From Candidatus Caldarchaeales archaeon (lineage in GTDB: Archaea; Thermoproteota; Nitrososphaeria_A; Caldarchaeales; Wolframiiraptoraceae), in assembly GCA_039630055.1 (NCBI GenBank), contig JBCNVN010000029.1, forward strand, positions 1 to 17,446: DNA of 17,446 nt, written 5' to 3'. The notes under the pieces were generated by a model that was not told where the DNA came from, did no database searches, and saw only the letters and a list, made by a program, of their open reading frames with translations. Below are positions 1 to 8,648 of this stretch, one piece after another; the first letter of the stretch is position 1, and the number at the start of each line of letters is the position of its first letter. A program made the position numbers and the translations under genes.

Positions 1-90
1 AGAAAGTAAATGCTAACTGATCTATCATCTAGCCAAAACCCCATTAAGATGAATTTTTAATGGAAATATCTAGTAAAAGTGTTCTTATAT

Positions 91-106
91 GGATAAACAT
101 TTATAA
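91..106 (+). promoter_or_regulatory. Probable BRE/TATA promoter of HEPN-MNT module 1
   Basis: GGATAAACA followed by TTTATAA (100-106), ending 29 nt before ATG 136; same spacing as the other module promoters. Confidence 0.55.
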
Positions 107-135
107 CATGACGGCATCTCCCTAACCGTGAAATT

Positions 136-522
136 ATGTCGCATTTAAACGAGATCAGGATTTTAAGACGGAGGGCGAAGGGATTCTTAGAAAAAGCTGT
201 AGATAGCCTAAACTCTGGTGACTATGATTTGGCGGCATTCCTCTCTGAACAATCTGTTCAACTTCATCTTAAATCAATTTTACTGGAGAAGATTGGAGAA
301 TATCCACGTACGCATTCAATCTCAACAGTCTTATCTATTCTTATGAGGGTTCCGAATTGCAGTAATCTGGTGAAGTTACTTGAAGAGAAGAAGATTGAGC
401 TGAGATTAATGGAGGACGCGTATATTGTTGCGAGATACTTAGTTGAAGAATACTCAAAAGAAGAGGCTGAGATACTTGTAGATCTGGCAAGACAGGTGTT
501 AAAATATGGAGAGATATGTTGA
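136..522 (+). CDS. HEPN domain protein (COG2250-type), TA module 1
   Basis: 128 aa; GDYDLAAFLSEQSVQLHLK, YPRTHS and YIVARY motifs; overlaps the downstream MNT gene. Confidence 0.9.
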   Translation: MSHLNEIRILRRRAKGFLEKAVDSLNSGDYDLAAFLSEQSVQLHLKSILLEKIGEYPRTHSISTVLSILMRVPNCSNLVKLLEEKKIELRLMEDAYIVARYLVEEYSKEEAEILVDLARQVLKYGEIC

Positions 523-853
523 TATTCTATTGGAGAGAATGGAAATATTTAAAGAATGGAAGGAATACATCCCTAAAATCTGTTCTGCAGTAAAACTCAT
601 TCTTCCAGACGCGCGTATATACGTCTTCGGAAGCATAGTAAGAGGTGAAAGTGTCGGGAGAAGCGACATAGACATACTCATAGTATCACAGAATATACCT
701 GCAAGCAATTTAGAGAGGGCGAAGATAAGATCGCAGATAGAACAGGCTGTGAATCTACCTTTACATCACCCATTCGAATTCCATATAGTCAATCTCAATG
801 AAGCAGAATGGTATTTTGAGAGAGTACGTGAACTAGAGGAGGTTAACGGATAA
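506..853 (+). CDS. Minimal nucleotidyltransferase (MNT), TA module 1
   Basis: 115 aa; YVFGSIVRGESVGRSDIDIL = GS-x10-DxD Pol-beta motif; 17-nt overlap with the HEPN gene. Confidence 0.92.
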   Translation: MERYVDILLERMEIFKEWKEYIPKICSAVKLILPDARIYVFGSIVRGESVGRSDIDILIVSQNIPASNLERAKIRSQIEQAVNLPLHHPFEFHIVNLNEAEWYFERVRELEEVNG

Positions 854-910
854 TCAATTGAGTTAAATGACATGCTTACATCTTACATTGCTGATGCAAT
901 CTAATCAGAT

Positions 911-939
911 ACTAAAAAGTAAGATAAAGCCTTTTTAGT
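911..939. repeat. 9-bp inverted repeat with 11-nt spacer
   Basis: ACTAAAAAG (911-919) ... CTTTTTAGT (931-939); function unknown. Confidence 0.4.
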
Positions 940-970
940 CCACACGAGGGCTCAATGGGTTTAGTAGGCC

Positions 971-1105
971 TTAAATTTCATCTTCACTCTTACTCTTATG
1001 AAGTATCTTTCTCTTCAGAAGCTCTACTAGGAAGGCTTCAACTTAGTTAACATAATCTACGCTTAATTTCTCAAGCCTCCCAAGGATCCTAAAGCTAACG
1101 ACCAC
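971..1105 (-). pseudogene. Remnant of a ribbon-helix-helix (VapB/CopG-like) antitoxin
   Basis: Manual translation VVVSFRILGRLEKLSVDYVN*VEAFLVELLKRKILHK...; the alternating beta-ribbon VVSFRI plus helix pattern resembles archaeal RHH antitoxins; internal TAA and apparent deletion in helix 1. Confidence 0.55.
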
Positions 1106-1515
1106 CCCCTAACAGTCATAAGTGGTGTATTTACGGCAATGTTAACTGCAACTAGCATCCATCTTACGAGTAGAATACATTTAGGCTTTATAACTTGAAA
1201 TTAGAGATAGTTGATTGGATTGCTACAAACTTGAAAGTAGCGTGGTATTTTTGCGATTATTAGGAATAAAGAAGAGTAGAGTTAGCTGAAATTCAAAAAC
1301 ATTCACAAAAGTAAAGAAAATTAAGATAATGAGAAGATGTTCTCTTACCTAACATCTGCGTACTCAGTTAACTTAAATTAAGCTTGCATCTAGCTATCAT
1401 TAAAATCTTGAGTGAAGTCGAAGATGCTAAGACTAAGTCGACCCTGCCCGTTAGTTTTATGTAAACTTCTTCAAGTATGGTCAGGAGAAAAATTCTATTA
1501 AATCTCCATACTATT

Positions 1516-1530
1516 AGATAGATTTAAGTA
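1516..1530 (+). promoter_or_regulatory. BRE/TATA promoter of HEPN-MNT module 2
   Basis: AGATAGATTTAAGTA ending 30 nt before ATG 1561; near-identical to 7277-7291 and 13970-13984. Confidence 0.65.
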
Positions 1531-1560
1531 TGTCAATAGTCTTTTTTTACCGGTAGAGGA

Positions 1561-1956
1561 ATGGTTTCTAGAGCTAGAGATTGGATGAGGCAAGCTCTCA
1601 GAGACATATCTCATGCAGAACATTCTTTAAAAGTAGGAGATTATGAGTGGGCATGTTTCGCAGCTCAACAAGCTGCTGAGAAAGCTGTTAAAGCTCTCTA
1701 CGAAAGTATGAACATGGAGGTTTGGGGGCACTCTGTATCTAGGATGCTTGAAAATCTTCCCGAAGATCTTAAGCCAGACAACGTGTTGATAGATAAAGCT
1801 AAAGAACTTGATAGACATTACATTCCAACTAGGTACCCAAACTTTCATAGTGAGGGTGCACCAGTAGATTATTATACTAGGAATGATGCAGAGAGGGCGG
1901 TAATGTATGCGAGAGAGGTCATCGAGTTCTGTAGGAGTAAAGGTGTTCAAGCTTGA
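1561..1956 (+). CDS. HEPN domain protein, TA module 2
   Basis: 131 aa; YEWACFAAQQAAEKAVKA, WGHS and LDRHYIPTRYPN are hallmark HEPN (COG2250) motifs. Confidence 0.93.
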   Translation: MVSRARDWMRQALRDISHAEHSLKVGDYEWACFAAQQAAEKAVKALYESMNMEVWGHSVSRMLENLPEDLKPDNVLIDKAKELDRHYIPTRYPNFHSEGAPVDYYTRNDAERAVMYAREVIEFCRSKGVQA

Positions 1957-2320
1957 CTATGATTACGTACTTAGAGAAGTGAAAAGCTATGCAGAAAAGA
2001 TTGTTGGTAGAGGTTTAGCTAAGCTAGTAGTATTGTTCGGTTCTTTAGCCAAGGGAACATATACGCCGTTCTCAGACATAGATATATTGATAGTCGTTGA
2101 AGATATTGCTAAGAATCCTCTAGATAGAATTCCAGTATACATAGATCCAAGACTTCCTCTAGACGTAGAGCCTAGGATATTTACAGTAGAAGAATTCTTC
2201 AAAATTGTGAAAGAAAGACGGAAGTTTGCAGAAGAGATAATTTTCCACGGATTATTCTTAGCAGGAGATGAGAGACTACTAGAAGAAGCTAAGAAGATAT
2301 ACTTAGAAGAGAAGATATAA
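1907..2320 (+). CDS. Minimal nucleotidyltransferase (MNT), TA module 2
   Basis: LFGSLAKGTYTPFSDIDIL motif; overlaps the end of the HEPN gene; exact start uncertain. Confidence 0.9.
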   Translation: MRERSSSSVGVKVFKLDYDYVLREVKSYAEKIVGRGLAKLVVLFGSLAKGTYTPFSDIDILIVVEDIAKNPLDRIPVYIDPRLPLDVEPRIFTVEEFFKIVKERRKFAEEIIFHGLFLAGDERLLEEAKKIYLEEKI

Positions 2321-2687
2321 GCAGTTTCATTGTGATTAAAGACTTTGAAAACTTCTTTTCTTCTATGGAGACTCATATCTACCTTCTCTCCGGCGGTTAA
2401 GCCATTCTAAAAATTGAAAATTCTATAAAAAAGAGTTGAGTGATAAGGCTTTTTACGTTACTTCAAAGCTATAGAGCATCAACAATATAAAGTATGTAAA
2501 CTTAGAAATAAGAAGAATTAAGAAAAGTAAAACTGCAATCTCATGGAGGAGTGAGAGATGCTATCTTATTATTTATGAAACTTCTTCTCGGTAGATGTGA
2601 TATTTCTCGATAATCTCCTAACTCTTCCTCAGTGTAGAGGTTCCCTAGGGTAAAAGCTTAAAAACGCCTCGAATAGCATGGAAGAGG

Positions 2688-4307
2688 GTGTTGATAATTC
2701 CTGATGTCTTTGGATTTATTAATGGTAACATCTATACTTCTTTCATTCCTTTGAAGAAGGCTTCTGGAATTGTAACGTATGGTGGACGAATACTGTATGT
2801 TGGCGATAGAGAGAAAGCTGAGAGATTAACGAGGATGCTGGACGGATCTCTGATAAATCTTAATGGTCTAACAGCTATGCCTGGATTTGTCGATGCACAC
2901 ATGCACCTCGACAGTCTAGCCGTATCCTTACATTCAATCAACTTTAGAGGTGTACGTTCAATAGAGGTTCTTAAGCAGAACTTGAAGAATTATTATGAAA
3001 TGAATAGAGATGCTTCATGGATTGTAGGTAGAGGGTGGGATCATGAGTTATTTGAAGAGAAACGCTGGCCTAACTGTCACGACCTAGACGAGGTGGTACC
3101 CGATAAACCTGTATTTCTTGAAAGAATTTGCGGTCACGCAGCGGTAGTGAATACTGTTGCTCTCCAATCGGTAAGTATCTATCGAGACATAATGAAAGAT
3201 CCCTATTTCTTAAAAGATCGAGATGGGAAACCGACAGGTATAGTAGTTGAAGATGCTGTAAAACTGTTTCGAGAAACTCTCCGATTTACAGATAGTGAAA
3301 TGCTTAGAATGATTTATGAAGCTTTAACGTATTCTGCATCACTAGGTGTTACAACTTTAGGGTTCATGTCCTGCAGTCTCGACACATTAAGATTACTACA
3401 AATCCTTAAACACCAAAATAGATTGCCTGTAAGGTTAAGAGTCTACTTGGATAAAGAATTATTGAATAACATACTATGCCTAGGGATTAGAAGATCTTTT
3501 GGAGATGATTTTCTCAAAATAATGGGTATCAAAGTTTTTGCGGATGGGTCGCTTGGAGCTCGCACAGCTTGGCTCTCCGAACCTTATGAAGATCTCCCAG
3601 AATCTAAAGGAATACCACTCATTGAAAAAGATAAATTGGCTAAGATTATAGAAGATGCACATAACGCTGGTCTACAATTAGCTATTCATGCAATAGGAGA
3701 TAAAGCGATCGACATGGTCTTAGAAGCTTATGGGAGTCTTAAAGATTTATCCTCTGAGCATAGACATAGAATAGAGCATGCATCTGTATTGAGACCAGAC
3801 CAGATAGAGAAGATAGCTAAGCTTGGAGTAACCGTCTCGGTACAACCTCATTTCATTATTAGTGATTGGTGGGTGGTTAAGAGATTGGGGAGGAAGAGAG
3901 CTACATGGGTGTATCCATTTAAGTCGCTAATTGAACATAGTGTAAAGATCGGGTTCTCTTCTGACAGTCCAGTTGAACCATTAAACCCATGGGAGTCAGT
4001 ATATGCTGCTGTTTCTAGAGGTGGAGAAAACATAGAACTCTACAATCATACCTCCCATGAAGCTCTCTCAGTAGTTGAAGCTCTCCACCTTTATACCAAA
4101 GGGTCAGCATACCTTCTATTCGAAGAAGATAGTCTCGGCACACTAGAAGCTGGAGAATATGCAGACTTCATTGTAATTAATAATGACCCATTACAGATAA
4201 GCGTAGAAGAATTAAAGAATATAAAGACTGTAATGACGGTGGTCTCAGGAGAGATAGTGTATCGGCATAGAGATTTCCCAGAAGATATCAACTTCTCTAA
4301 CGATTAA
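2688..4307 (+). CDS. Amidohydrolase, YtcJ-like (amidohydrolase 3 family)
   Basis: 539 aa; PGFVDAHMH, GRGWD, KVFADGSLGARTA, IHAIGD, RIEHAS, SSDSP and GTLEAGEYADF motifs. Confidence 0.93.
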   Translation: MLIIPDVFGFINGNIYTSFIPLKKASGIVTYGGRILYVGDREKAERLTRMLDGSLINLNGLTAMPGFVDAHMHLDSLAVSLHSINFRGVRSIEVLKQNLKNYYEMNRDASWIVGRGWDHELFEEKRWPNCHDLDEVVPDKPVFLERICGHAAVVNTVALQSVSIYRDIMKDPYFLKDRDGKPTGIVVEDAVKLFRETLRFTDSEMLRMIYEALTYSASLGVTTLGFMSCSLDTLRLLQILKHQNRLPVRLRVYLDKELLNNILCLGIRRSFGDDFLKIMGIKVFADGSLGARTAWLSEPYEDLPESKGIPLIEKDKLAKIIEDAHNAGLQLAIHAIGDKAIDMVLEAYGSLKDLSSEHRHRIEHASVLRPDQIEKIAKLGVTVSVQPHFIISDWWVVKRLGRKRATWVYPFKSLIEHSVKIGFSSDSPVEPLNPWESVYAAVSRGGENIELYNHTSHEALSVVEALHLYTKGSAYLLFEEDSLGTLEAGEYADFIVINNDPLQISVEELKNIKTVMTVVSGEIVYRHRDFPEDINFSND

Positions 4308-4584
4308 TAGTTTATCCTCATAATTCTCGACTTTAGTTAGCAGTAAATCTATAGCTTCAATCAATTTCTCGATAATAGGTAGATGGAGAGGATCATTATA
4401 CCATAAAACTGTTTTGGAGGATATGGTACTGTGTTGACAAGTCATAGTCTCTAATCAACAGGATATACTTCTCACTATTCTAGCGAGTTTAGCGAGGTTG
4501 AAGAAAGATTAAGTAAGGTATAAACTAATGATGGAAACTCTTCTAGAGAACATGTTTTTCAGGATGCTCGTCAAATATTTTAAT
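4305..4584 (-). pseudogene. Degraded DUF5615-like PIN toxin
   Basis: Reconstructed across frameshifts: IKIFDEH...LAKLA/EKYILLIRDYD/LVNTVPYPPKQFYGIMIL/HLPIIEKLIEAIDLLLTKVENYEDKL, matching the LLT.D.DF.N...YPP....GI.VLRIHPP pattern of that family as I recall it. Confidence 0.55.
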
Positions 4585-4628
4585 TAAACTATAAATTAAA
4601 CATAAGACTTGTTTTCTAGGATGGCGAA

Positions 4629-5030
4629 TTGCTTAGAGAAGTTCAAGAAGAACTATTAAGAGTTTTCGAGAGTGAAAAAGAGGTTTTAGTAGCTTATATC
4701 TTCGGTTCTCATGCTAGAGGCTACGTAGAATCAGAGAGCGACTATGATATAGGTATCCTACTCTCGAAAACTCCTGAAAGTCTACTTGAATACTACCTTC
4801 ACCTCATAAACAAGTTATCTCGCATCCTAGGAGACAGAGTAGACTTAGTGATCCTTAATACCGCTCCTCCCACACTCATATATCAAGTGATAAAATACGG
4901 CAAGGCTATATACATTCGCGATGAGCGGGCGAGGATTACCTTTGAAGCTAAAGCCACAAGCGAATATCTAGACTTTAGTAGAGCTTTAATGAGGTATTAT
5001 GAATGTCTCATAAGACAGATTCAAGAATAG
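4629..5030 (+). CDS. mntA: MntA-type adenylyltransferase antitoxin (type VII TA), module 3
   Basis: AYIFGSHARGYVESESDYDIG and VDLVILNTAPP motifs; upstream of hepT; TTG start (an out-of-frame ATG sits at 4621). Confidence 0.9.
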   Translation: MLREVQEELLRVFESEKEVLVAYIFGSHARGYVESESDYDIGILLSKTPESLLEYYLHLINKLSRILGDRVDLVILNTAPPTLIYQVIKYGKAIYIRDERARITFEAKATSEYLDFSRALMRYYECLIRQIQE

Positions 5031-5461
5031 ATGAGATATTAATCTACGAAAAGATAAGCAAGCTGAACCGATATCTAAAATACTTGAACGAACTTAGAAG
5101 AAGCAGCTTAGAAGAGTTCAGAGAAGACTTTAAGATAAGCGGCTCGGCTGAGAGATATCTCCAAGTAGCTATAGAGTGTGTAATCGATATAGGAAACGAG
5201 ATAATCTCCATGCTTCAGCTTAAGAGACCAGAGCGGTATAGAGACATCCCTTACATACTTTCTGAGGCGAAGATCATTCCAAGAGAATTTGCGGATACAA
5301 TCGCATCAATGATAGGCTTTAGAAACTTGCTAGTCCACGATTACGCTACAATAGAGCTTGACATTGTTTACGAATTCCTCCAGACAAAACTTCAAGACTT
5401 TGAAACATTCATAAAAAACATTTCAAAATGGATTAAAGAAGCAGAAGCCGGCAGGCGTTGA
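5003..5461 (+). CDS. hepT: HepT/DUF86 HEPN RNase toxin, module 3
   Basis: ERYLQVAIECVIDIG and GFRNLLVHDY = intact R-x4-H-x-Y motif. Confidence 0.92.
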   Translation: MSHKTDSRIDEILIYEKISKLNRYLKYLNELRRSSLEEFREDFKISGSAERYLQVAIECVIDIGNEIISMLQLKRPERYRDIPYILSEAKIIPREFADTIASMIGFRNLLVHDYATIELDIVYEFLQTKLQDFETFIKNISKWIKEAEAGRR

Positions 5462-5734
5462 TACATGAATTGTTGAGAGGATCGATTTTCCCCGTATGGT
5501 CTAATTCACCATTAAAAGATAGAAGTAAGCACTTTATCTCAATCTATCCGATCCATGTGGTGCACTTATGATAGATCCTAGAAGACGGTAGCATCACTTA
5601 AGAGTTTAGATCTAGAAAATTCGAATTCGATGAGACTCGTTCGATAAGTGATGAACTTACGTATAGTTTGAGGAGCAACCTCTAATCAAGTCAAAACATA
5701 TATACAGATTTCATGTTGAATAAGTAGAGATATA

Positions 5735-6196
5735 ATGTCGACTCAAGAAGATAACTTCACGTATTGGCGGAGACTAGAAGAGGAAGGTAAGAAGATTATC
5801 GATAGGATTGTTGGAATAGTCTACGAGTTTGTAGGAATTTTAAGACGGATAGGTATCCCATATGTAGAGCCCCATTTCTTCCCTTTCGATACAAGATCTG
5901 TCTCTATCATCTTTGGTGAACATCCAAATATGCATTCAAGGTATTTCTCTCTATCACTCGAGGACATCAACTTAAACGTTCAAAAAAAGGAAGTGGTTTT
6001 AACCATAAGGACTGTGAGATTAAGTTCTTGGATAGGAGGGCGGGACCAGATGCCACGAGAGGGTTTAGTCACACATGAGTTGGACAAGTACCGTAATCTA
6101 AGCGTTCACCTGGATCAGTTATTGACAAAACTAGCAGAAATCTACAACTCGGTTCGCACACATGAAATCTGTAGTTTTCTACCACCAATATCTTAA
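5735..6196 (+). CDS. Hypothetical protein, candidate antitoxin/immunity partner of the downstream toxin
   Basis: 153-aa ORF with TATA-like AAAACATATATA about 30 nt upstream; 27 nt from the next gene; no family recognised. Confidence 0.7.
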   Translation: MSTQEDNFTYWRRLEEEGKKIIDRIVGIVYEFVGILRRIGIPYVEPHFFPFDTRSVSIIFGEHPNMHSRYFSLSLEDINLNVQKKEVVLTIRTVRLSSWIGGRDQMPREGLVTHELDKYRNLSVHLDQLLTKLAEIYNSVRTHEICSFLPPIS

Positions 6197-6223
6197 AGAC
6201 CTTGAAGTTATGGGTGATCGTTT

Positions 6224-6670
6224 ATGAGCCAAGCTTCTCCGAAATAATTCATTCTACGCTCACCCTTTCTCTTCCGTTACATCGGTAGCAGTGAACTCGA
6301 TTTTATTATAAGTAATGGTCTGATCTACTCTTTTAATCCTATGGGTACCTACTGGACCACACTGATAACCGATGATCCTGCATTGGCTCAGCTATATCTG
6401 TCTCTACCTTCTCCACCAGTGTATAGGGTTGGAGGTTTCCAGCTAAAGGACTTGGACGTCAGCCTAATTAAGTGGAGAGGGATCGTAGCACCAGCATATG
6501 GTCAAAAGGGAGGGGCGGAAGAGATCCTTATAACTGGTCCTATACCTGTGTTATCAATTTTCGATATGTCCGGAAAGAGAACCCTCTGTAGTGTCATGGG
6601 AGAAGTATGCATCTTGGAGGAGGAGACGGGCGCGATATCTTCTCGAGAAAAACCGCATCATAGATACTAG
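6224..6670 (+). pseudogene. TNT/Ntox10/TreTu-like (ADP-ribosyltransferase/NADase fold) toxin with premature stop
   Basis: SD GGTGAT (6213-6218) then ATG 6224, in frame with ORF 6341-6670; TAA at 6245-6247; read-through gives LFRYIGSSELDFIISNGLI...TYWTT...AQLYLSLPSPPVYRV...GIVAPAYGQKGGAEEIL. Confidence 0.65.
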
Positions 6671-6770
6671 AGAAGACTAGTTTAAGATTATTATTCTCTG
6701 GTCTTGAAGTCTAGAGATCTTTATCTCTGACGCAACGCTTATAGGTCTCGTATAAAGTGTTGGTACTGAT

Positions 6771-7169
6771 ATGAGAACCATCGTTCTAATTCTCGTAATG
6801 CTCTTTCTCTCGGTCCATCTCAATGTATATTACTCTACATACACTGAAGAGAAGGTATCATGGGATAGTATGCTGGTTATCGGTGACGGGATGTTCTCGA
6901 TCCCCTGGCATCACAATTTGATAGGAGAGTTGAAAGAAGAGTATAAGCTTCAAGCTCTTCACAACTCTGTAGGCGCCTGGATCGATTATAGAGAATGGAT
7001 GCAGTATCCTGAAGAATGGGATGTTAACATAGCGAGATTTATCAGAGCTATACATGGGTTTGGGCTTCCAGCAGGGTTTCAGTATGGTTTCCATGTAGGC
7101 GATAATGTTTACGCTGGCTACGATGAACCAGTAGGATTTCTCCATTACTATAGAAATCTTATCGTATGA
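6771..7169 (+). CDS. Exported protein, probably a truncated/frameshifted N-terminal fragment
   Basis: Signal-peptide-like MRTIVLILVMLFLSV; aromatic-rich body; another frame continues KSYRMIGYDTDFSRLDRDLAG to about 7219. Confidence 0.55.
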   Translation: MRTIVLILVMLFLSVHLNVYYSTYTEEKVSWDSMLVIGDGMFSIPWHHNLIGELKEEYKLQALHNSVGAWIDYREWMQYPEEWDVNIARFIRAIHGFGLPAGFQYGFHVGDNVYAGYDEPVGFLHYYRNLIV

Positions 7170-7222
7170 TTGGTTATGATACTGATTTCTCTCGTTTAGA
7201 TCGAGATTTAGCGGGTTAATGG

Positions 7223-7234
7223 CGGCTCCCTTAA
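7223..7234 (-). repeat. Degenerate copy of the TTAACYGAGCCA motif
   Basis: Minus strand TTAAGGGAGCCG, at the junction between the truncated gene and the abrB promoter. Confidence 0.3.
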
Positions 7235-7276
7235 TCTATTCAAAAATCAAAAGTTATATAAGAATATGTTATTACT

Positions 7277-7317
7277 AGATAGCTTTAAATATTAGTAGCT
7301 TAATTTATCTACTAATA
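7277..7317 (+). promoter_or_regulatory. Promoter plus palindromic operator of AbrB-VapC module 4
   Basis: AGATAGCTTTAAATA (7277-7291) overlapping TATTAGTAG-N10-CTACTAATA (7290-7317), just before ATG 7320. Confidence 0.72.
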
Positions 7318-7319
7318 GT

Positions 7320-7562
7320 ATGTATGAAGAAGATATAGTTAAGGTGACGAGGAATTTTCAGGTCACTATACCGAGTCGGGTTAGGGCAAGGGCTGACGTT
7401 AAGGAGGGTAGCTTCGTTAAAGTAGTTTATGATGAGGTAGAAGGAGTGATCAAGATTATCCCATTGAAGAAGAAGAGGGTAACTGTTAAGCTAGGTAAGG
7501 AAGTTAGTGTTGAGGATATGGAGAGGATAGTTGGAGAGATGCTCGATGAAACTACTTCCTGA
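7320..7562 (+). CDS. vapB: AbrB/MazE/SpoVT-family antitoxin (VapB), module 4
   Basis: VKVTRNFQVTIPSRVRARADVKEGSFV AbrB signature; 80 aa; overlaps the PIN gene. Confidence 0.9.
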   Translation: MYEEDIVKVTRNFQVTIPSRVRARADVKEGSFVKVVYDEVEGVIKIIPLKKKRVTVKLGKEVSVEDMERIVGEMLDETTS

Positions 7563-7950
7563 TACTAATATCTTAGTTTACGATACGATTGAAGATAGTG
7601 GACGCCATGATGAAGCAGCAAAGATCATGGATTCTGCAAGCGAGATCCTAATATCACCTATAGTTATACATGAGTATATCTGGGTGATGCTAAGACTTAA
7701 CATAAGTCCTAAGATAATCTCAGTCAAGGTCCATGAATATCTGGAAGATATCAGAGCGAGATACATAAACGAATCTCTTAAAGTTATAAATGATGCGCTT
7801 AAAATGTTCGAGGAGGATAAAGCTCTGCTAAGAGACATCAATGATTACATAATCCTATCCTTAGCACTAAACACGAGGGCAGTTCTCGCAACCTTCGATA
7901 GGGGGCTCAAAACTTTATCACTAAGTAGAGGTTTAAGCGTCATCCCATAA
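7546..7950 (+). CDS. vapC: PIN-domain toxin VapC, module 4
   Basis: Likely start ATG 7546 (MKLLPDTNIL); acidic residues in DTN, IHEY, INDY and ATFD are all present. Confidence 0.9.
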   Translation: MKLLPDTNILVYDTIEDSGRHDEAAKIMDSASEILISPIVIHEYIWVMLRLNISPKIISVKVHEYLEDIRARYINESLKVINDALKMFEEDKALLRDINDYIILSLALNTRAVLATFDRGLKTLSLSRGLSVIP

Positions 7951-8286
7951 TCTTTAACCATCCTCTTATCGTAAATGTTCATTTAACTATATAGGAAACG
8001 TATTTAACAGCTTCCTAATTCTCTTCTCTTAATAGATTAGTCTCCAATATTTCAATCAACTTCATAGGATTTCTGCTCACAAATTATCTTAGGGTATTAT
8101 GCTAAATCCACGTTTCATAATTCTATCGTTTCTCCATGCTGGGAACCAATTTTTGGCGAATCGTAACGTTTTCTTTTCCATGTCCAGCCTCAGAGCTTCT
8201 GAACAACTTCTCCAATTCAATCAAGAATAGATGCTTTTCTAGTATTCTAAGAGTTCTTAAATCGTCTTTTTCCACTAGGAGTCCGT

Positions 8287-8318
8287 AACTTCATGATGTG
8301 AAGTTTAATCATGAAGTT
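8287..8318. repeat. 11-bp perfect inverted repeat with 10-nt spacer and nested half-site
   Basis: AACTTCATGAT (8287-8297) GTGAAGTTTA ATCATGAAGTT (8308-8318); TGAAGTT occurs at both 8299 and 8312. Confidence 0.7.
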
Positions 8319-8648
8319 GTCTTAGACTGCTCTCTCTTGCCTTCTCCCAGCCCCGATATCTTCCAAAAGCTTAGATATTTTATTCACTTACTTCTTCTAA
8401 TAACATCCGACAACGTTGTTGAGATTTGAGACTCGTGGGAGGGAATCTGCTATCCGTAGAATATTCACTGGGAAGATTATTTAATCTTTCGTGTTATACA
8501 TGATAATTCATGGCGTCGTGAATGTTCGGACTGTGTTGAAGACGACTATGTCATCTCGAGGTTTAGGTTTAGAGAATTACATGTGAGTTTTTAGCCATGA
8601 AGACGGTAAGATTAAGTAGAGGCCGTGGCGATTTAGTTTTAGAGGTTT

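Noticed and set aside
499-4291. Minus-strand ORFs 499-708, 1627-1950, 1987-2376, 2732-2941, 3480-3662, 3848-4033, 4091-4291
   Set aside because: Antisense shadows of well-supported genes, with no recognisable motifs.
8020-8285. Coding-like minus-strand stretch ending KRGFSIIP*
   Set aside because: Only the last few residues resemble a VapC tail; the rest is unassignable.
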